Assembly: GCA_005880945.1 (NCBI GenBank)
Contig: VBIU01000082.1
Location: 1,505-65,504 of the forward strand
Origin: Chloroflexota bacterium
GTDB taxonomy: Bacteria; Chloroflexota; Dormibacteria; Dormibacterales; Dormibacteraceae
Direction: 5' to 3'
Length of the DNA stretch: 64,000 nt
Shown: positions 27,896-40,941 of the stretch, one piece after another
Layout of the letters: every line of letters begins with the position of its first letter
How positions within the stretch are numbered: the first letter of the stretch is position 1
Translations under genes and position numbers: made by a program
Notes under the pieces: model-generated
What the model saw: only the letters and a program-made list of their open reading frames with translations
What the model was told of the DNA's origin: nothing
Database searches by the model: none

Positions 27896-29482
27896 TCAGA
27901 TGCCGCCGGCCAGATCGAGCCAGGCGCCCGAGTTGGGGGGCAGGCTGAGGCGGTCCGCGCGACGCCTCACCATCGGGTTCGTCGCGATGAGCAGGCGGCC
28001 GCGCGAAGACAGCTCGACGGGCCGGGCCAGGAAGTTGACGGCGACTCTGAAGGGGCCGCGCTCATAGACGAGGACACCTTCAGGCGCGGGACACCACTTG
28101 AAATCATTCGGCAGCGAGCCCGAGAGGGGCCGCCGCAATGCCAGCACGCGCTGATGGAAGACCAGCATCGACTCGGCCATGCCTGCCTGGGCGTCAACAG
28201 CGAAATCGTCCCAGCCCGCCGGCATCGGCAGCCACGGTGCCGCCTTCGAGAAGCCTGCGTTGGGTTGCCCCTTGTGCCACGGGAGCGGCACCCGGCAGCC
28301 GTCCCTACCCCGCTGCTTGCCCCCACTGTGGAAGAAAAACGGGTCCTGTCGGGCGTCGTCGGGTAGATTCACCTCCTCGAGTCCGAGCTCACCTCCCTGG
28401 TACAGGAACACTTGCCCAGGCAGCCCAAGCAGCAAAAGGAGCGCCGCGCGGGCGCGCTGGCGACCGACGAAGCCGCCCCCAAGTCGCGTGACCTGCCGGA
28501 CCACGTCGTGATTGGAGACCGTCCAGCTCGGCATCTGTCCGGGTCCGTGGAGTGCATGACGATCGACGTCGATCGAGCGCTTCCACAAAGATGCATCCCA
28601 TTTCGCACGGATGAGCGCGAATGCCATGTTGAGCTGGTCCGGCAGGATGTAGCGGGACTGCCGCTGGGGTTCAAAGATCTCGCCCACCAGCACGCGGTCC
28701 GGCCGGTAACCGTTGACTATCTCCCTCCATCGACGATAGACCTCGTGGACTGGGGGCTGGTCGATGATCGCGAAGGTCGCATCGGGCTTGGCTTGCCCCG
28801 TCATCGGATCCTTGACCATCGGCTGGTCGGCGAGGTCCTTGCGCTTGAACAGCGCGGAGGCGACGTCGATCCGATAGCCGTCGGCGCCGCGGTCGAGCCA
28901 GAACCTGAGGATCTTCTCGAACTCCTTGGGCACGTCGGGATTCCACCAGTTCAGGTCGGGCTGCTCTGGCGCGAAGAGGTGTAGGTACCACTGTCCGCTG
29001 CTCTCATCCTTCGTCCACGCCGGTCCGCCGAACGCCGACTCCCAGTTGTTGGGCGGCGATCCGTCCGGCTTTCCATCGGCGAAGTAATAGAGAGCTCGAT
29101 GCGGATCATCCGGCGAGGAGAGGGCCGCTCGGAACCACGGGTGCTGGTCGGACGTGTGGTTGGGAACGAGGTCGACAAGGACCTGCAGCCGTCGTTCGTG
29201 GGCGCTCTGGATGAGCTGGTCGAAGTCCTGGAGCGTCCCGTACTCGGGGTTGACGTCGTAGTAGTCGGCCACGTCGTAGCCGTGGTCCTTCTGCGGCGAG
29301 GGATAGAACGGAGTGACCCATATCGCGTCGACTCCCAGACGCTTGAGGTAATCGAGACGCGAGGTGACTCCCGGCAGGTCGCCAATGCCGTCGTCGTTCG
29401 AATCGGCGAAGCTTCGGACGTAGACCTCGTAGAAGACCGCGCCGCGCCACCACGGGCGCGTCCAACCCTCACCGCCCCTCAA
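27896..29482 (-). CDS. GH13 alpha-glucosidase / oligo-1,6-glucosidase family
   Basis: WWRGAVFYEVYVRSF, GDLPGVTSRLDYLKRLGVDAIWVTPFY, DLVPNHTSDQHPWF, GYRIDV and SNHD regions. Confidence 0.9.
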   Translation of the reverse strand: MRGGEGWTRPWWRGAVFYEVYVRSFADSNDDGIGDLPGVTSRLDYLKRLGVDAIWVTPFYPSPQKDHGYDVADYYDVNPEYGTLQDFDQLIQSAHERRLQVLVDLVPNHTSDQHPWFRAALSSPDDPHRALYYFADGKPDGSPPNNWESAFGGPAWTKDESSGQWYLHLFAPEQPDLNWWNPDVPKEFEKILRFWLDRGADGYRIDVASALFKRKDLADQPMVKDPMTGQAKPDATFAIIDQPPVHEVYRRWREIVNGYRPDRVLVGEIFEPQRQSRYILPDQLNMAFALIRAKWDASLWKRSIDVDRHALHGPGQMPSWTVSNHDVVRQVTRLGGGFVGRQRARAALLLLLGLPGQVFLYQGGELGLEEVNLPDDARQDPFFFHSGGKQRGRDGCRVPLPWHKGQPNAGFSKAAPWLPMPAGWDDFAVDAQAGMAESMLVFHQRVLALRRPLSGSLPNDFKWCPAPEGVLVYERGPFRVAVNFLARPVELSSRGRLLIATNPMVRRRADRLSLPPNSGAWLDLAGGI

Positions 29483-29492
29483 CGGCGGATCC

Positions 29493-30125
29493 TCAGCCGA
29501 CGTTGCGCTTCAACCAGTCATTCAGTGGCCCGGCATCGCTCCAGACCTTGACGATGTGCTTTCGCGCCGCGCTGCTGCCCAGCCAGGGCTGCAGCCCGAA
29601 GTTTTTGTAGATGTAGAGGATCTTGTGGCGCAGCAGGCGCGCCCTCGGATGGTCCTGCGGCCAGCCGGCCGGGACCCTCTTCAAGGCTTCCCCGCCGATC
29701 TCGTAACCCGCTTTCTCGAGCTTGGCCACGATGGCCGCAAGCGGCACGCCGGTCGAGTCGGCCGCAACCTTCTTTCGATACTTGACCACCTGCGGCGGCG
29801 TCATCTCGTAACGGCCGGCGGCCACTGTGAGGCCGCGGGCGTCGAGCGACAGGTAGCCCCCGCGGTCTCCCATCGCCGCATAGCCCGCGATGTTCGTCTT
29901 GTATGGCGACTTGTCTTTCGAAAAGCGGATGTCGCGATTGGGTCGGAAGATCTTCCCAGGCCCGTAATCCTTCTCGAGCGATTCCATCAGCGCCGCCATC
30001 GGCCCTTTGACCGCCTCTTCGTAGACCCGCCGGTTGGCCTCGAAGTAGCGCTTGGAGTTGTCGAGCTCGAGGCCGATGAAGAAACGCTGACAGTCCTCTG
30101 ACCAGCCGCGAAACGCTGCGGTCAT
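29493..30125 (-). CDS. DUF2461 (TIGR02453) family protein
   Basis: ORF trimmed to ATG 30125, which overlaps the GH4 stop (ATGA). FFIGLELDNSKRYFEANRRVYE...IFRPNRDIRFSKDKSPYKT is the family signature. Confidence 0.75.
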   Translation of the reverse strand: MTAAFRGWSEDCQRFFIGLELDNSKRYFEANRRVYEEAVKGPMAALMESLEKDYGPGKIFRPNRDIRFSKDKSPYKTNIAGYAAMGDRGGYLSLDARGLTVAAGRYEMTPPQVVKYRKKVAADSTGVPLAAIVAKLEKAGYEIGGEALKRVPAGWPQDHPRARLLRHKILYIYKNFGLQPWLGSSAARKHIVKVWSDAGPLNDWLKRNVG

Positions 30126-31423
30126 TCGAAGGCCGCGAGACTTGCGCGCTCGGCCTCCCACATCTCGTCGAACATCTTCTCCGTCTCGTCGAGCGAGCAC
30201 ACGGCGGCGGTCAGAGGGTCGAGCATCAGCGCGTACATGGCCTTGCGCCGGTCCCGCTCGAGCAAGGCCTGCACGACGAGCTCGTGCACCGCCATGTGCG
30301 AGCGGTTCAGGGCGGCCAGCTGCTCCGGAAGGGGACCAAACGTCACCGGTCTTATGCCATCCGGACCGACAACGCACTCGACCTCTACACAGCCGTCCGG
30401 AAGGTTCTCGATCGATCCTGAGTTCGTGACGTTCCCATGGATGCTGGTCGGCCGGCCGTGCTCCATCGCTTCGATGATGTAGGACGCGTACTCGTGGCTC
30501 CGCTTCAGAGGAATCTCGGTCTCGCCGTGCAGCATCGAGTGGATGCGCTCGTCGTTTTCCTTGCGCCAGTCCGGCCAGTTGTTGGCATAGAACCCGCTCT
30601 CCCCGAGATATCCCGGCCTGGTGTACCTCTCCAGGAGGTCGGGCCGCTTCCGGTAATAGGGAACGTACTCGGAGAAGTGCCCGCTGGACTCGGTGACGAA
30701 CGCGCCGAGGTGCAGCATCACGTCGAAGCGAACCGGGTCACGCTCGTAGATCTCAGGCTGGGAGGCGCGCTCGCGCAGCTGCGGGTAGAGGTCCTTGCCG
30801 TGGCGCTCCAGCGTGGTGAACCACGCGTTGTGGTTGATGCCGGCGCACCGCCACGTCAGGTCGTCGTACGGGACATCAAGGAACTCCGCCAGCAGCCTCG
30901 AGGTGGCCTGCACGCTGTGGCACAGGCCGACCACCGACAGTCCGGATGAGCGGCTCGCCGCCAAGGTGAGGATGGACATCGGATTCGTGTAGTTCAGAAC
31001 CACCGCGCTCGGAGCCAGGCGCTCGACGTCCGCCACTATCTCGAGCCACGCCGGCCCTGTGCGCAGCGCTTTGAAGATGCCACCCGGGCCGATCGTGTCT
31101 CCGATGCACTGATCGACCCCGTACTTGATGGGGATGTCGTAGTCGTGCCGCACGTTTTGAAGACCGGCGACCTCGATCGAGTTGACCACGTAGTCGGTGC
31201 CCTTCAGCACGTCGAGCCGCTCCGTGGACGCCTCGACGGTCCAGTCCTTTCCCGTCAGCTCGATCAACCGCTCCGCGATCCGCCGGGCCAGGTCGAGGCG
31301 GACTGGGTCGATGTCGACGAGGGCGAAGATGCCGCGGTCGAGGCCCTCGACGGCGAGGATGTCGGTGATTATCTGGCGCGCGAATACCGCGCTGCCGGCC
31401 CCGACCAGCGTCACCTTCGGCAT
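30122..31423 (-). CDS. GH4 family NAD-dependent glycosidase (alpha-glucosidase/alpha-galactosidase-like)
   Basis: MPKVTLVGAGSAVFARQI (Rossmann), NYTNPM, GLCHS and AGINH motifs. Confidence 0.85.
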   Translation of the reverse strand: MPKVTLVGAGSAVFARQIITDILAVEGLDRGIFALVDIDPVRLDLARRIAERLIELTGKDWTVEASTERLDVLKGTDYVVNSIEVAGLQNVRHDYDIPIKYGVDQCIGDTIGPGGIFKALRTGPAWLEIVADVERLAPSAVVLNYTNPMSILTLAASRSSGLSVVGLCHSVQATSRLLAEFLDVPYDDLTWRCAGINHNAWFTTLERHGKDLYPQLRERASQPEIYERDPVRFDVMLHLGAFVTESSGHFSEYVPYYRKRPDLLERYTRPGYLGESGFYANNWPDWRKENDERIHSMLHGETEIPLKRSHEYASYIIEAMEHGRPTSIHGNVTNSGSIENLPDGCVEVECVVGPDGIRPVTFGPLPEQLAALNRSHMAVHELVVQALLERDRRKAMYALMLDPLTAAVCSLDETEKMFDEMWEAERASLAAFE

Positions 31424-31499
31424 CGATTAGCTTCCCTCCCGGCTCAAGCCGCGTGTCACGCCGGCTTCATTAGTGCCGGCGGACGAATTCTAAACGCGG

Positions 31500-31880
31500 C
31501 TATTCAGGAGGATCGGCAATCGCCTTGACGGCCCGGAACTGTGAATGGCTCATGACCAGCAGCCGGGCGTCGGCGCTGACCACGACCGTTGCCTCGTTCG
31601 ACGCGCGCTTCCACATCGCGTTCCAGCCAAAGCTGTCCCCCGCTCCCAGCGTGCGGGTTCGGGAGAGACACGCCGTGGCTTGCAGCCGGCCGTCAATCAC
31701 CACCACGAATTCCGAGCAGTGCTTGCCTTCCCGTGCGACCTGGATTCCAGCGGGCAATAACACCTCGTCGAAATAGACCAACAGCGCCTGCAGGCGCCGG
31801 TCCGGGTAGGCAGCCAGCTCTCGCGTGGCGCGTAGGGCCTTGATCCGCGTCGCGCTTGACAGCTGGCCGTTTGCCTTCAT
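31500..31880 (-). CDS. Stand-alone cyclic-nucleotide-binding-like (cNMP/CAP beta-barrel) domain protein with a degenerate phosphate-binding cassette
   Basis: ORF trimmed to ATG 31880, which overlaps the GNAT stop (ATGA). The pattern G.QVAREG....FVVVIDG...LGAGDSFGWNAM....NEATVVV...RLLVM...F fits PF00027-like topology. The Glu and Arg of FGE...R[ST]A are replaced (FGW...NEA). Confidence 0.55.
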   Translation of the reverse strand: MKANGQLSSATRIKALRATRELAAYPDRRLQALLVYFDEVLLPAGIQVAREGKHCSEFVVVIDGRLQATACLSRTRTLGAGDSFGWNAMWKRASNEATVVVSADARLLVMSHSQFRAVKAIADPPE

Positions 31881-32374
31881 TCGGGGCCGATCGAAAGGGT
31901 CAGGTCGTATGAACCCTGGGAAAAGACCGGGCGGGCCGACGGCCGGAATCGCCGAAGCAGCTCGAGCGCCGGCCGGTTGTCGCCCTGGACGCTCGCCGTA
32001 AAGGACTGGATTCCAGCGGAGTGCGCCAGATCGCCGAGGCGGCTGAGCATGCGAGTGGCCAGGCCCTGGCGCTGCCAGTCGTCGGCGACGACCACCGCCA
32101 GCTCGGCTCTGTCGGTGCCTTTCCACCGCACGTAGCGGGCGACCCCGACGATCTCCCCGTCGACGACGGCGACCACCGCCTCACGGTCGTGGTGATCGAT
32201 GTCGAGGAGGCGTTCGGGATGCGCCTGTTCGGGGCGCACTATCGGACTGTGGAAGCGGCGGTAGACGGTCGTGGGAGAGAGTCTGTAGAAGAGCCGGAGC
32301 AATGCTGCCCCGTCCGATGGTTCGAGACGGGCCAGCCCGATGTGACCCGCCGCCGCCGTCTGCATCGCGATCAT
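31877..32374 (-). CDS. Pat-type GNAT acetyltransferase (protein lysine acetyltransferase-like GNAT domain)
   Basis: ATG 32374 has a GGAGGTG SD (track ORF starts at 32410). LSPTTVYRRFHSP, LLDIDHHDREAVVAVVDGEIVGVARY and AELAVVVADDWQRQGLATRML resemble the GNAT domain of Pat/AcuA-type enzymes. Confidence 0.7.
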   Translation of the reverse strand: MIAMQTAAAGHIGLARLEPSDGAALLRLFYRLSPTTVYRRFHSPIVRPEQAHPERLLDIDHHDREAVVAVVDGEIVGVARYVRWKGTDRAELAVVVADDWQRQGLATRMLSRLGDLAHSAGIQSFTASVQGDNRPALELLRRFRPSARPVFSQGSYDLTLSIGPE

Positions 32375-32420
32375 TTGTCCACCTCCAGCCCGGAATCGCC
32401 GGACCAACACCTAAACAAAT

Positions 32421-32465
32421 AGCACGATCGGTCGTATAAGTCAAGATAGACCGACCGGTCGTGCT
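32421..32465. promoter_or_regulatory. Candidate TetR operator (long inverted repeat) in the divergent GNAT/TetR promoter region
   Basis: AGCACGATCGGTCG-N17-CGACCGGTCGTGCT, 14-nt arms with 1 mismatch. The spacer contains TATAAG. Confidence 0.5.
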
Positions 32466-32468
32466 AAG

Positions 32469-33134
32469 ATGTCGCCCATGGCGAAAGCGCCGGCAGCGCC
32501 GACCACTGACCGCCGGCTTCAGCGTGGTGAGCGCACTCGCCAGGCGATCCTCAGCCACGCATCCCGGCTAGCATCGGCCGAAGGACTGGAGGCGGTCTCG
32601 CTGCAGCGGCTCGCGAGCGACCTCGGAATCAGCAAAAGCGGACTGTTCGCCCATTTCGGCTCCAAGGAGGAGCTGCAGCTCGCGACCGTCGAAGAGGCCG
32701 GCCGCGTCTTCACCGAAGAGGTGCTGAGGCCAGGTCTTAAGGCGGCGGCCGGTCTCGGAAGGATCTGGGCGATGTGCAACTCCTATCTCTCCTATCTAAG
32801 GCGGGCTGTGTTCCCCGGCGGTTGTTTCTTTGAAGCAGCGTTGGCCGAGTTCGACAGCAAGCCCGGGCGTGTGAGAGATGCCGTGGTAGAGAGGCGAGGC
32901 TACTGGGTCGCCAGCCTCGCGCGCGCCGTCCGCGAGGCCAAAACCGCCGGCGACATTCAGTCAGAAGTCGATTCGGATCAAGTCGCTTGGGAGTTGAGCT
33001 GCCTTCTCGTCGGTGCCAATGCGAGCTTCGTGCAAGACGGCGGGAATGTCGGCATGGAGCGGGCCCGGCGCGCGATTCGCGAACGGCTCGAGCGCATCGC
33101 GACACGATCGGCGGCAAGGTTGCCGACCCGCTAA
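32469..33134 (+). CDS. TetR/AcrR family transcriptional regulator
   Basis: HTH region RTRQAILSHASRLASAEGLEAVSLQRLASDLGISKSGLFAHFGSKEELQ. Confidence 0.9.
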   Translation: MSPMAKAPAAPTTDRRLQRGERTRQAILSHASRLASAEGLEAVSLQRLASDLGISKSGLFAHFGSKEELQLATVEEAGRVFTEEVLRPGLKAAAGLGRIWAMCNSYLSYLRRAVFPGGCFFEAALAEFDSKPGRVRDAVVERRGYWVASLARAVREAKTAGDIQSEVDSDQVAWELSCLLVGANASFVQDGGNVGMERARRAIRERLERIATRSAARLPTR

Positions 33135-33153
33135 CGCACAGGTCTCCCGGAGA

Positions 33154-34008
33154 TCAGCTCAGCTTGAGTCGTTCGGCGAAGGCCGAGATCTCGTCTCGTT
33201 GCGCTTGCGGGTCGAGGGCTGAGGTCCCGATCACCATTCGTGTTACTCCAGAAGCCGCGTGGGCTTCGACGATCTCAGGCGTCATATCGATCGATCCCCA
33301 TCGGGTGTACTCGAGAGCATCAGCATCGCGGCCTGCTTCGCGGGCGGTGGCGCGCATGACGGCGATTTGGGCCGCCCGTTCCACGCTCCCGATCGCGCCG
33401 CCGGAAAAGTAGCCATCTCCCCGTAGGCCGGCGCGGCGTGCGGCCGCCCTCGTCGACCCGCCTACATGGATCGGGAGCGTCCCGGCTCCGTGCGGCTTCG
33501 GAAAGCTGACAAGGTCGGTGAACGCGAAGAACTCGCCGTCGAAGCTGACGCCCTTCTCGTCCCCCGCCCACAGGAGGCGCAGCACGTCGATTGCCTCGTC
33601 GGCGCGGCGCCCGCGCGTTGCGAAGTCAACGCCGACCGCGGCTGCCTCCCCAGGCAAAGCCCCAAGCCCAACGGTTAGCAGCCGCATACGACCTTTCGAG
33701 AGCAGGTCCAGCGTCGCCAGCCGCTTGGCGAGCGTCACCGGATGGTGATAAGGAACCTGAAGGACGCCCGTCCCAAGCAGGATGCGGTTGGTCGCAGCCG
33801 CGACGAATCCCAGGCACTGAAGCGGATCCACTATAGGAAGCGATGGATCGATGACCGTAGGTCCGAGCGTGGCTCCCGCATACAGCACGACGTGTTCTGG
33901 CACGTAGAAGGACTCGAAGCCACAGTCCTCGGCGTGTTTGGCGTACGCGATGATCGAATCAGGATCGACGCCGTTGAAGGCCGTGTTGTAGACAACGCCG
34001 AATTTCAT
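33154..34008 (-). CDS. LLM-class (luciferase-like) F420-dependent oxidoreductase
   Basis: MKFGVVY...GFESFYVPEHVVL, ...PVTLAKRLATLDLLS.GR and ...HVGGST pattern of the TIGR03619-like family. Confidence 0.8.
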   Translation of the reverse strand: MKFGVVYNTAFNGVDPDSIIAYAKHAEDCGFESFYVPEHVVLYAGATLGPTVIDPSLPIVDPLQCLGFVAAATNRILLGTGVLQVPYHHPVTLAKRLATLDLLSKGRMRLLTVGLGALPGEAAAVGVDFATRGRRADEAIDVLRLLWAGDEKGVSFDGEFFAFTDLVSFPKPHGAGTLPIHVGGSTRAAARRAGLRGDGYFSGGAIGSVERAAQIAVMRATAREAGRDADALEYTRWGSIDMTPEIVEAHAASGVTRMVIGTSALDPQAQRDEISAFAERLKLS

Positions 34009-34020
34009 TGAAATGAGGCT

Positions 34021-35262
34021 TTAGCCGGCCATCCGCTCCGCGGCACACTCCGCAGCTCGTCTATGGAGAAGGTCGCGCTCCCGCACGTTCTCCGTCAGCG
34101 ATGCGGCGCGCTCGAACTCGACGCGCGCCTCCTCGGACCGCCCGAGCTTCCTCAGGAGGTCGCCGCGGACGGCCGAAAGTAAGTGGTACGACCTGAGCGC
34201 AGGCTCGTTGACGAGCGCGTCGACGAGGTCGAGTCCGGAAGCCGGGCCAAACGCCATTCCCACGGCGACAGCCCGGTTCAGCTCGACCACCGGCGACGGC
34301 GCGAGCTGCACGAGTGCGTCGTAGAGCCCCACCATGCGCGCCCAGTCGGTTTCCTCAGCGGTCGTCGCTCGAGCGTGGCACGCGGCGATCGCCGCCTGCA
34401 GCCCATATGGACGCAGAGCGCCGAGCCTCTCGGCGCGCCCGAGCGCAGCCAGACCGCGCCGGATGAGCAGACGATCCCAGCGAGCTCGATCCTGGTCGAG
34501 CAGGAGGATGGGCTCGCCGGACGGTCCAACGCGAGCGCCCAGACGCGATGCCTGGATCTCCATGAGCCCGACGAGGCCGTGAACTTCAGGCTCGGTCGGG
34601 GTGAGCTCGGCCAGGATGCGGCCCAGACGGAGAGCCTCCTCGCAAAGCGCGGGTCGGACCCAATACTCGCCTGCCGTCGCCGAATACCCTTCGTTGAAGA
34701 TCAGATAGATGACCTCGAGGACGGAGGCCAGCCGCGCATCGCGATCGGCGCCGGCCGGGACCTCAAACCTGACATGCGCCTCGGCGAGCGTCCGCTTCGC
34801 GCGAACGATCCGCTGGGCGACGGTCGACACGGGGACAAGAAAGCCGCGCGCGATCTCCTCGGTCGTCAGACCGCCGACGACGCGAAGTGTGATCGCAACC
34901 CGTGCGTCCTTTGAGAGGACCGGATGGCAGGCCGTGAAGATGAGGCCGAGGAGATCGTCCCCGACCTCCTCCTCGATCGCGTCCAATTCCAAGCTGTCCT
35001 GATCCCGCTCGAGGTCCCGTCCGATCTCTTCGTGCTTGCGCTCGAGCGTCTTGCGACGCCGGACCAGGTCTATAGCGCGGTGCTTCGCGGTCCCCATGAG
35101 CCAGGCGCCCGGCCGCTCCGGCACCCCCTGGGCGGGCCACTGCTCGAGCGCTGCGACAAGGGCGTCCTGTGCGAGCTCCTCGGCCGTCCCTATGTCGCCG
35201 ACGACGCGAGTCAGCCCGGCGATCAGCCGGGCCGACTCGATGCGCCAGATCGCTTCGATCAT
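34021..35262 (-). CDS. ECF sigma factor with C-terminal TPR-like extension (ECF42-type)
   Basis: Region 2 (AEELAQDALVAALEQWP..G.PE.PGAWL...AKHRAIDLVRRRK), region 4 (GLTTEEIARGFLVPVSTVAQRIVRAKRTL) and a ~200-aa helical extension. Start is ATG 35262 or earlier (track ORF starts at 35376). Confidence 0.8.
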   Translation of the reverse strand: MIEAIWRIESARLIAGLTRVVGDIGTAEELAQDALVAALEQWPAQGVPERPGAWLMGTAKHRAIDLVRRRKTLERKHEEIGRDLERDQDSLELDAIEEEVGDDLLGLIFTACHPVLSKDARVAITLRVVGGLTTEEIARGFLVPVSTVAQRIVRAKRTLAEAHVRFEVPAGADRDARLASVLEVIYLIFNEGYSATAGEYWVRPALCEEALRLGRILAELTPTEPEVHGLVGLMEIQASRLGARVGPSGEPILLLDQDRARWDRLLIRRGLAALGRAERLGALRPYGLQAAIAACHARATTAEETDWARMVGLYDALVQLAPSPVVELNRAVAVGMAFGPASGLDLVDALVNEPALRSYHLLSAVRGDLLRKLGRSEEARVEFERAASLTENVRERDLLHRRAAECAAERMAG

Positions 35263-35347
35263 GCGATGCACTTCAGAGGCTGCCGCCTCGCGGCGATCCT
35301 GGCCGCCAGGAGCGCCTCCGCTTCTTGGACCTATGGCGAGAGCTCCT

Positions 35348-35695
35348 TCACATGCCTTCGTACTCGACGACCTCACGGATCTCGAACGTCCCGCCGTCGT
35401 AGGGCGCCCGCTTCAGCCATTCGAGAGCTTCGTCGACCGAGCGCACCTGCCAGAGCCAATACCCGGCCACGAGCTCTTTGGTCTCCGCGAAGGGCCCGTC
35501 GATGACGGTGCGTTTCTTACCGTCGAACCGAACCCGCTTGCCCTGCGAGCTCGGGTGTAGGCGGCCAGCCTCGAGCACCACCCCCGCTTTGACCAGCTCT
35601 TCATTGAACTTCTGATACTCCGCCATGGCGTCCGGCGTTGGGGGAGTTGCCGCCTCGCTCTGGTTGCCTTCCTTTGCCAATATCAGCACACGCAT
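35348..35695 (-). CDS. YciI/DGPF-domain protein
   Basis: 115 aa, AAGAGGAG RBS. The pattern ...KFNEELVKAGV.L....L......R.......V.DGPFAETKELVAGYWL..V.S.DEA is typical of YCII-related proteins paired with ECF sigma factors. Confidence 0.8.
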   Translation of the reverse strand: MRVLILAKEGNQSEAATPPTPDAMAEYQKFNEELVKAGVVLEAGRLHPSSQGKRVRFDGKKRTVIDGPFAETKELVAGYWLWQVRSVDEALEWLKRAPYDGGTFEIREVVEYEGM

Positions 35696-35929
35696 CTGTG
35701 TCTCCTCTTATTACAACTTCCGCTTCCATCTGGGCTCGGGCTTTTGAGGCCTCACCCACTCATCGAATGAGGGGCGGCGTTTTCGACGCCGCTGACTCCC
35801 CCTCAGCTCCTGGGGATGGTCGGACATGATGGAGCCAACAGATAATCACTGGCGCGAACTCCAATCCACCCACTTGCCGCAACAACGCGTCAGACCCTTT
35901 GCGCGCTGCGTGCCGACCTGGTCGAGTGG

Positions 35930-36006
35930 TGGTCGGGGAGGCGGGATTTGAACCCGCGACCACTTGACCCCCAGTCAAGTGCGCTACCGAGCTGCGCTAC
36001 TCCCCG
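35930..36006 (-). tRNA. tRNA-Pro (anticodon GGG), CCA encoded
   Basis: Manual cloverleaf: acceptor CGGGGAG/CTCCCCG, D stem GCGC/GCGC, anticodon stem CTTGA/TCAAG with loop CTGGGGG, T arm GCGGG-TTCAAAT-CCCGC, discriminator A plus CCA. Confidence 0.95.
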
Positions 36007-36032
36007 ATCGAATGGCTATCGTAGCGGCTTCT

Positions 36033-40451
<4,419 letters not shown>

Positions 40452-40941
40452 AGCGATTTCGGGAGGTCATGAGCAGCTTTCCAAGCGGGGTCGTAGTCCT
40501 CACCGCATTTGGTCAGGACGGCCTCCCTCGCGGCCTCACCGTCAGTGCGTTCTGCGCCGTCTCGCTGGAGCCGCCGCTCGCCCTTGCATGCATCGACAAG
40601 ACCTCCAACACACTGCCCGCTGTCCAACACACTGGTGGCTTCACGGCGAACATCCTCGCTGTTGGGCGCGAGCAGCTGGCGCGGCGGATGGCGACCAAGG
40701 TTTCCGACAAGTTCGACACGATCACGTGGCGCCGTCCGGTTGGTGGAGGCGGTCCGGTGCTCGAAGCCGATGCGGCGGCTTATGCCGTGTGCACTCTGAA
40801 AGAAACGATCGAAGCCGGCGACCACTGGATCCTGATCGGGCTTGTCGTCGACGGTGGGCACCACGATGGGTTCGCGCCGATGGTGTACAGCCGCCATGTG
40901 TACGATCCGCTCTGACTTCTTCGCCGGTTAGTGTTGACGGC

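Noticed and set aside
26259-28067. 602-aa plus-strand ORF. Similar long ORFs occur at 38298..39926 (+), 53844..55136 (+), 57415..58776 (-), 15823..16608 (-), 43786..44712 (-) and 60519..61559 (-).
   Set aside because: All lie antisense to, or frame-shifted within, genes with clear domain signatures (ppk1, lhr, ALDH, permease, zwf, pepF, ADH). They have Arg/Pro/Gly/Ala-rich low-complexity translations typical of shadow ORFs in high-GC DNA.
31459-31481. Hairpin CGCCGGC-N9-GCCGGCG between the cNMP-like gene stop and the GH4 gene start, as a terminator.
   Set aside because: No U-tract follows on the transcribed (minus) strand and the loop is long. This is insufficient to call an intrinsic terminator.
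35711-35827. 38-codon highly basic minus-strand ORF (MSDHPQELRGSQRRRKRRPSFDEW...) upstream of the YciI/ECF sigma operon, as a possible leader peptide.
   Set aside because: It has no Shine-Dalgarno sequence. The composition is explained by a GC hairpin inside it, and there is no supporting conservation evidence.
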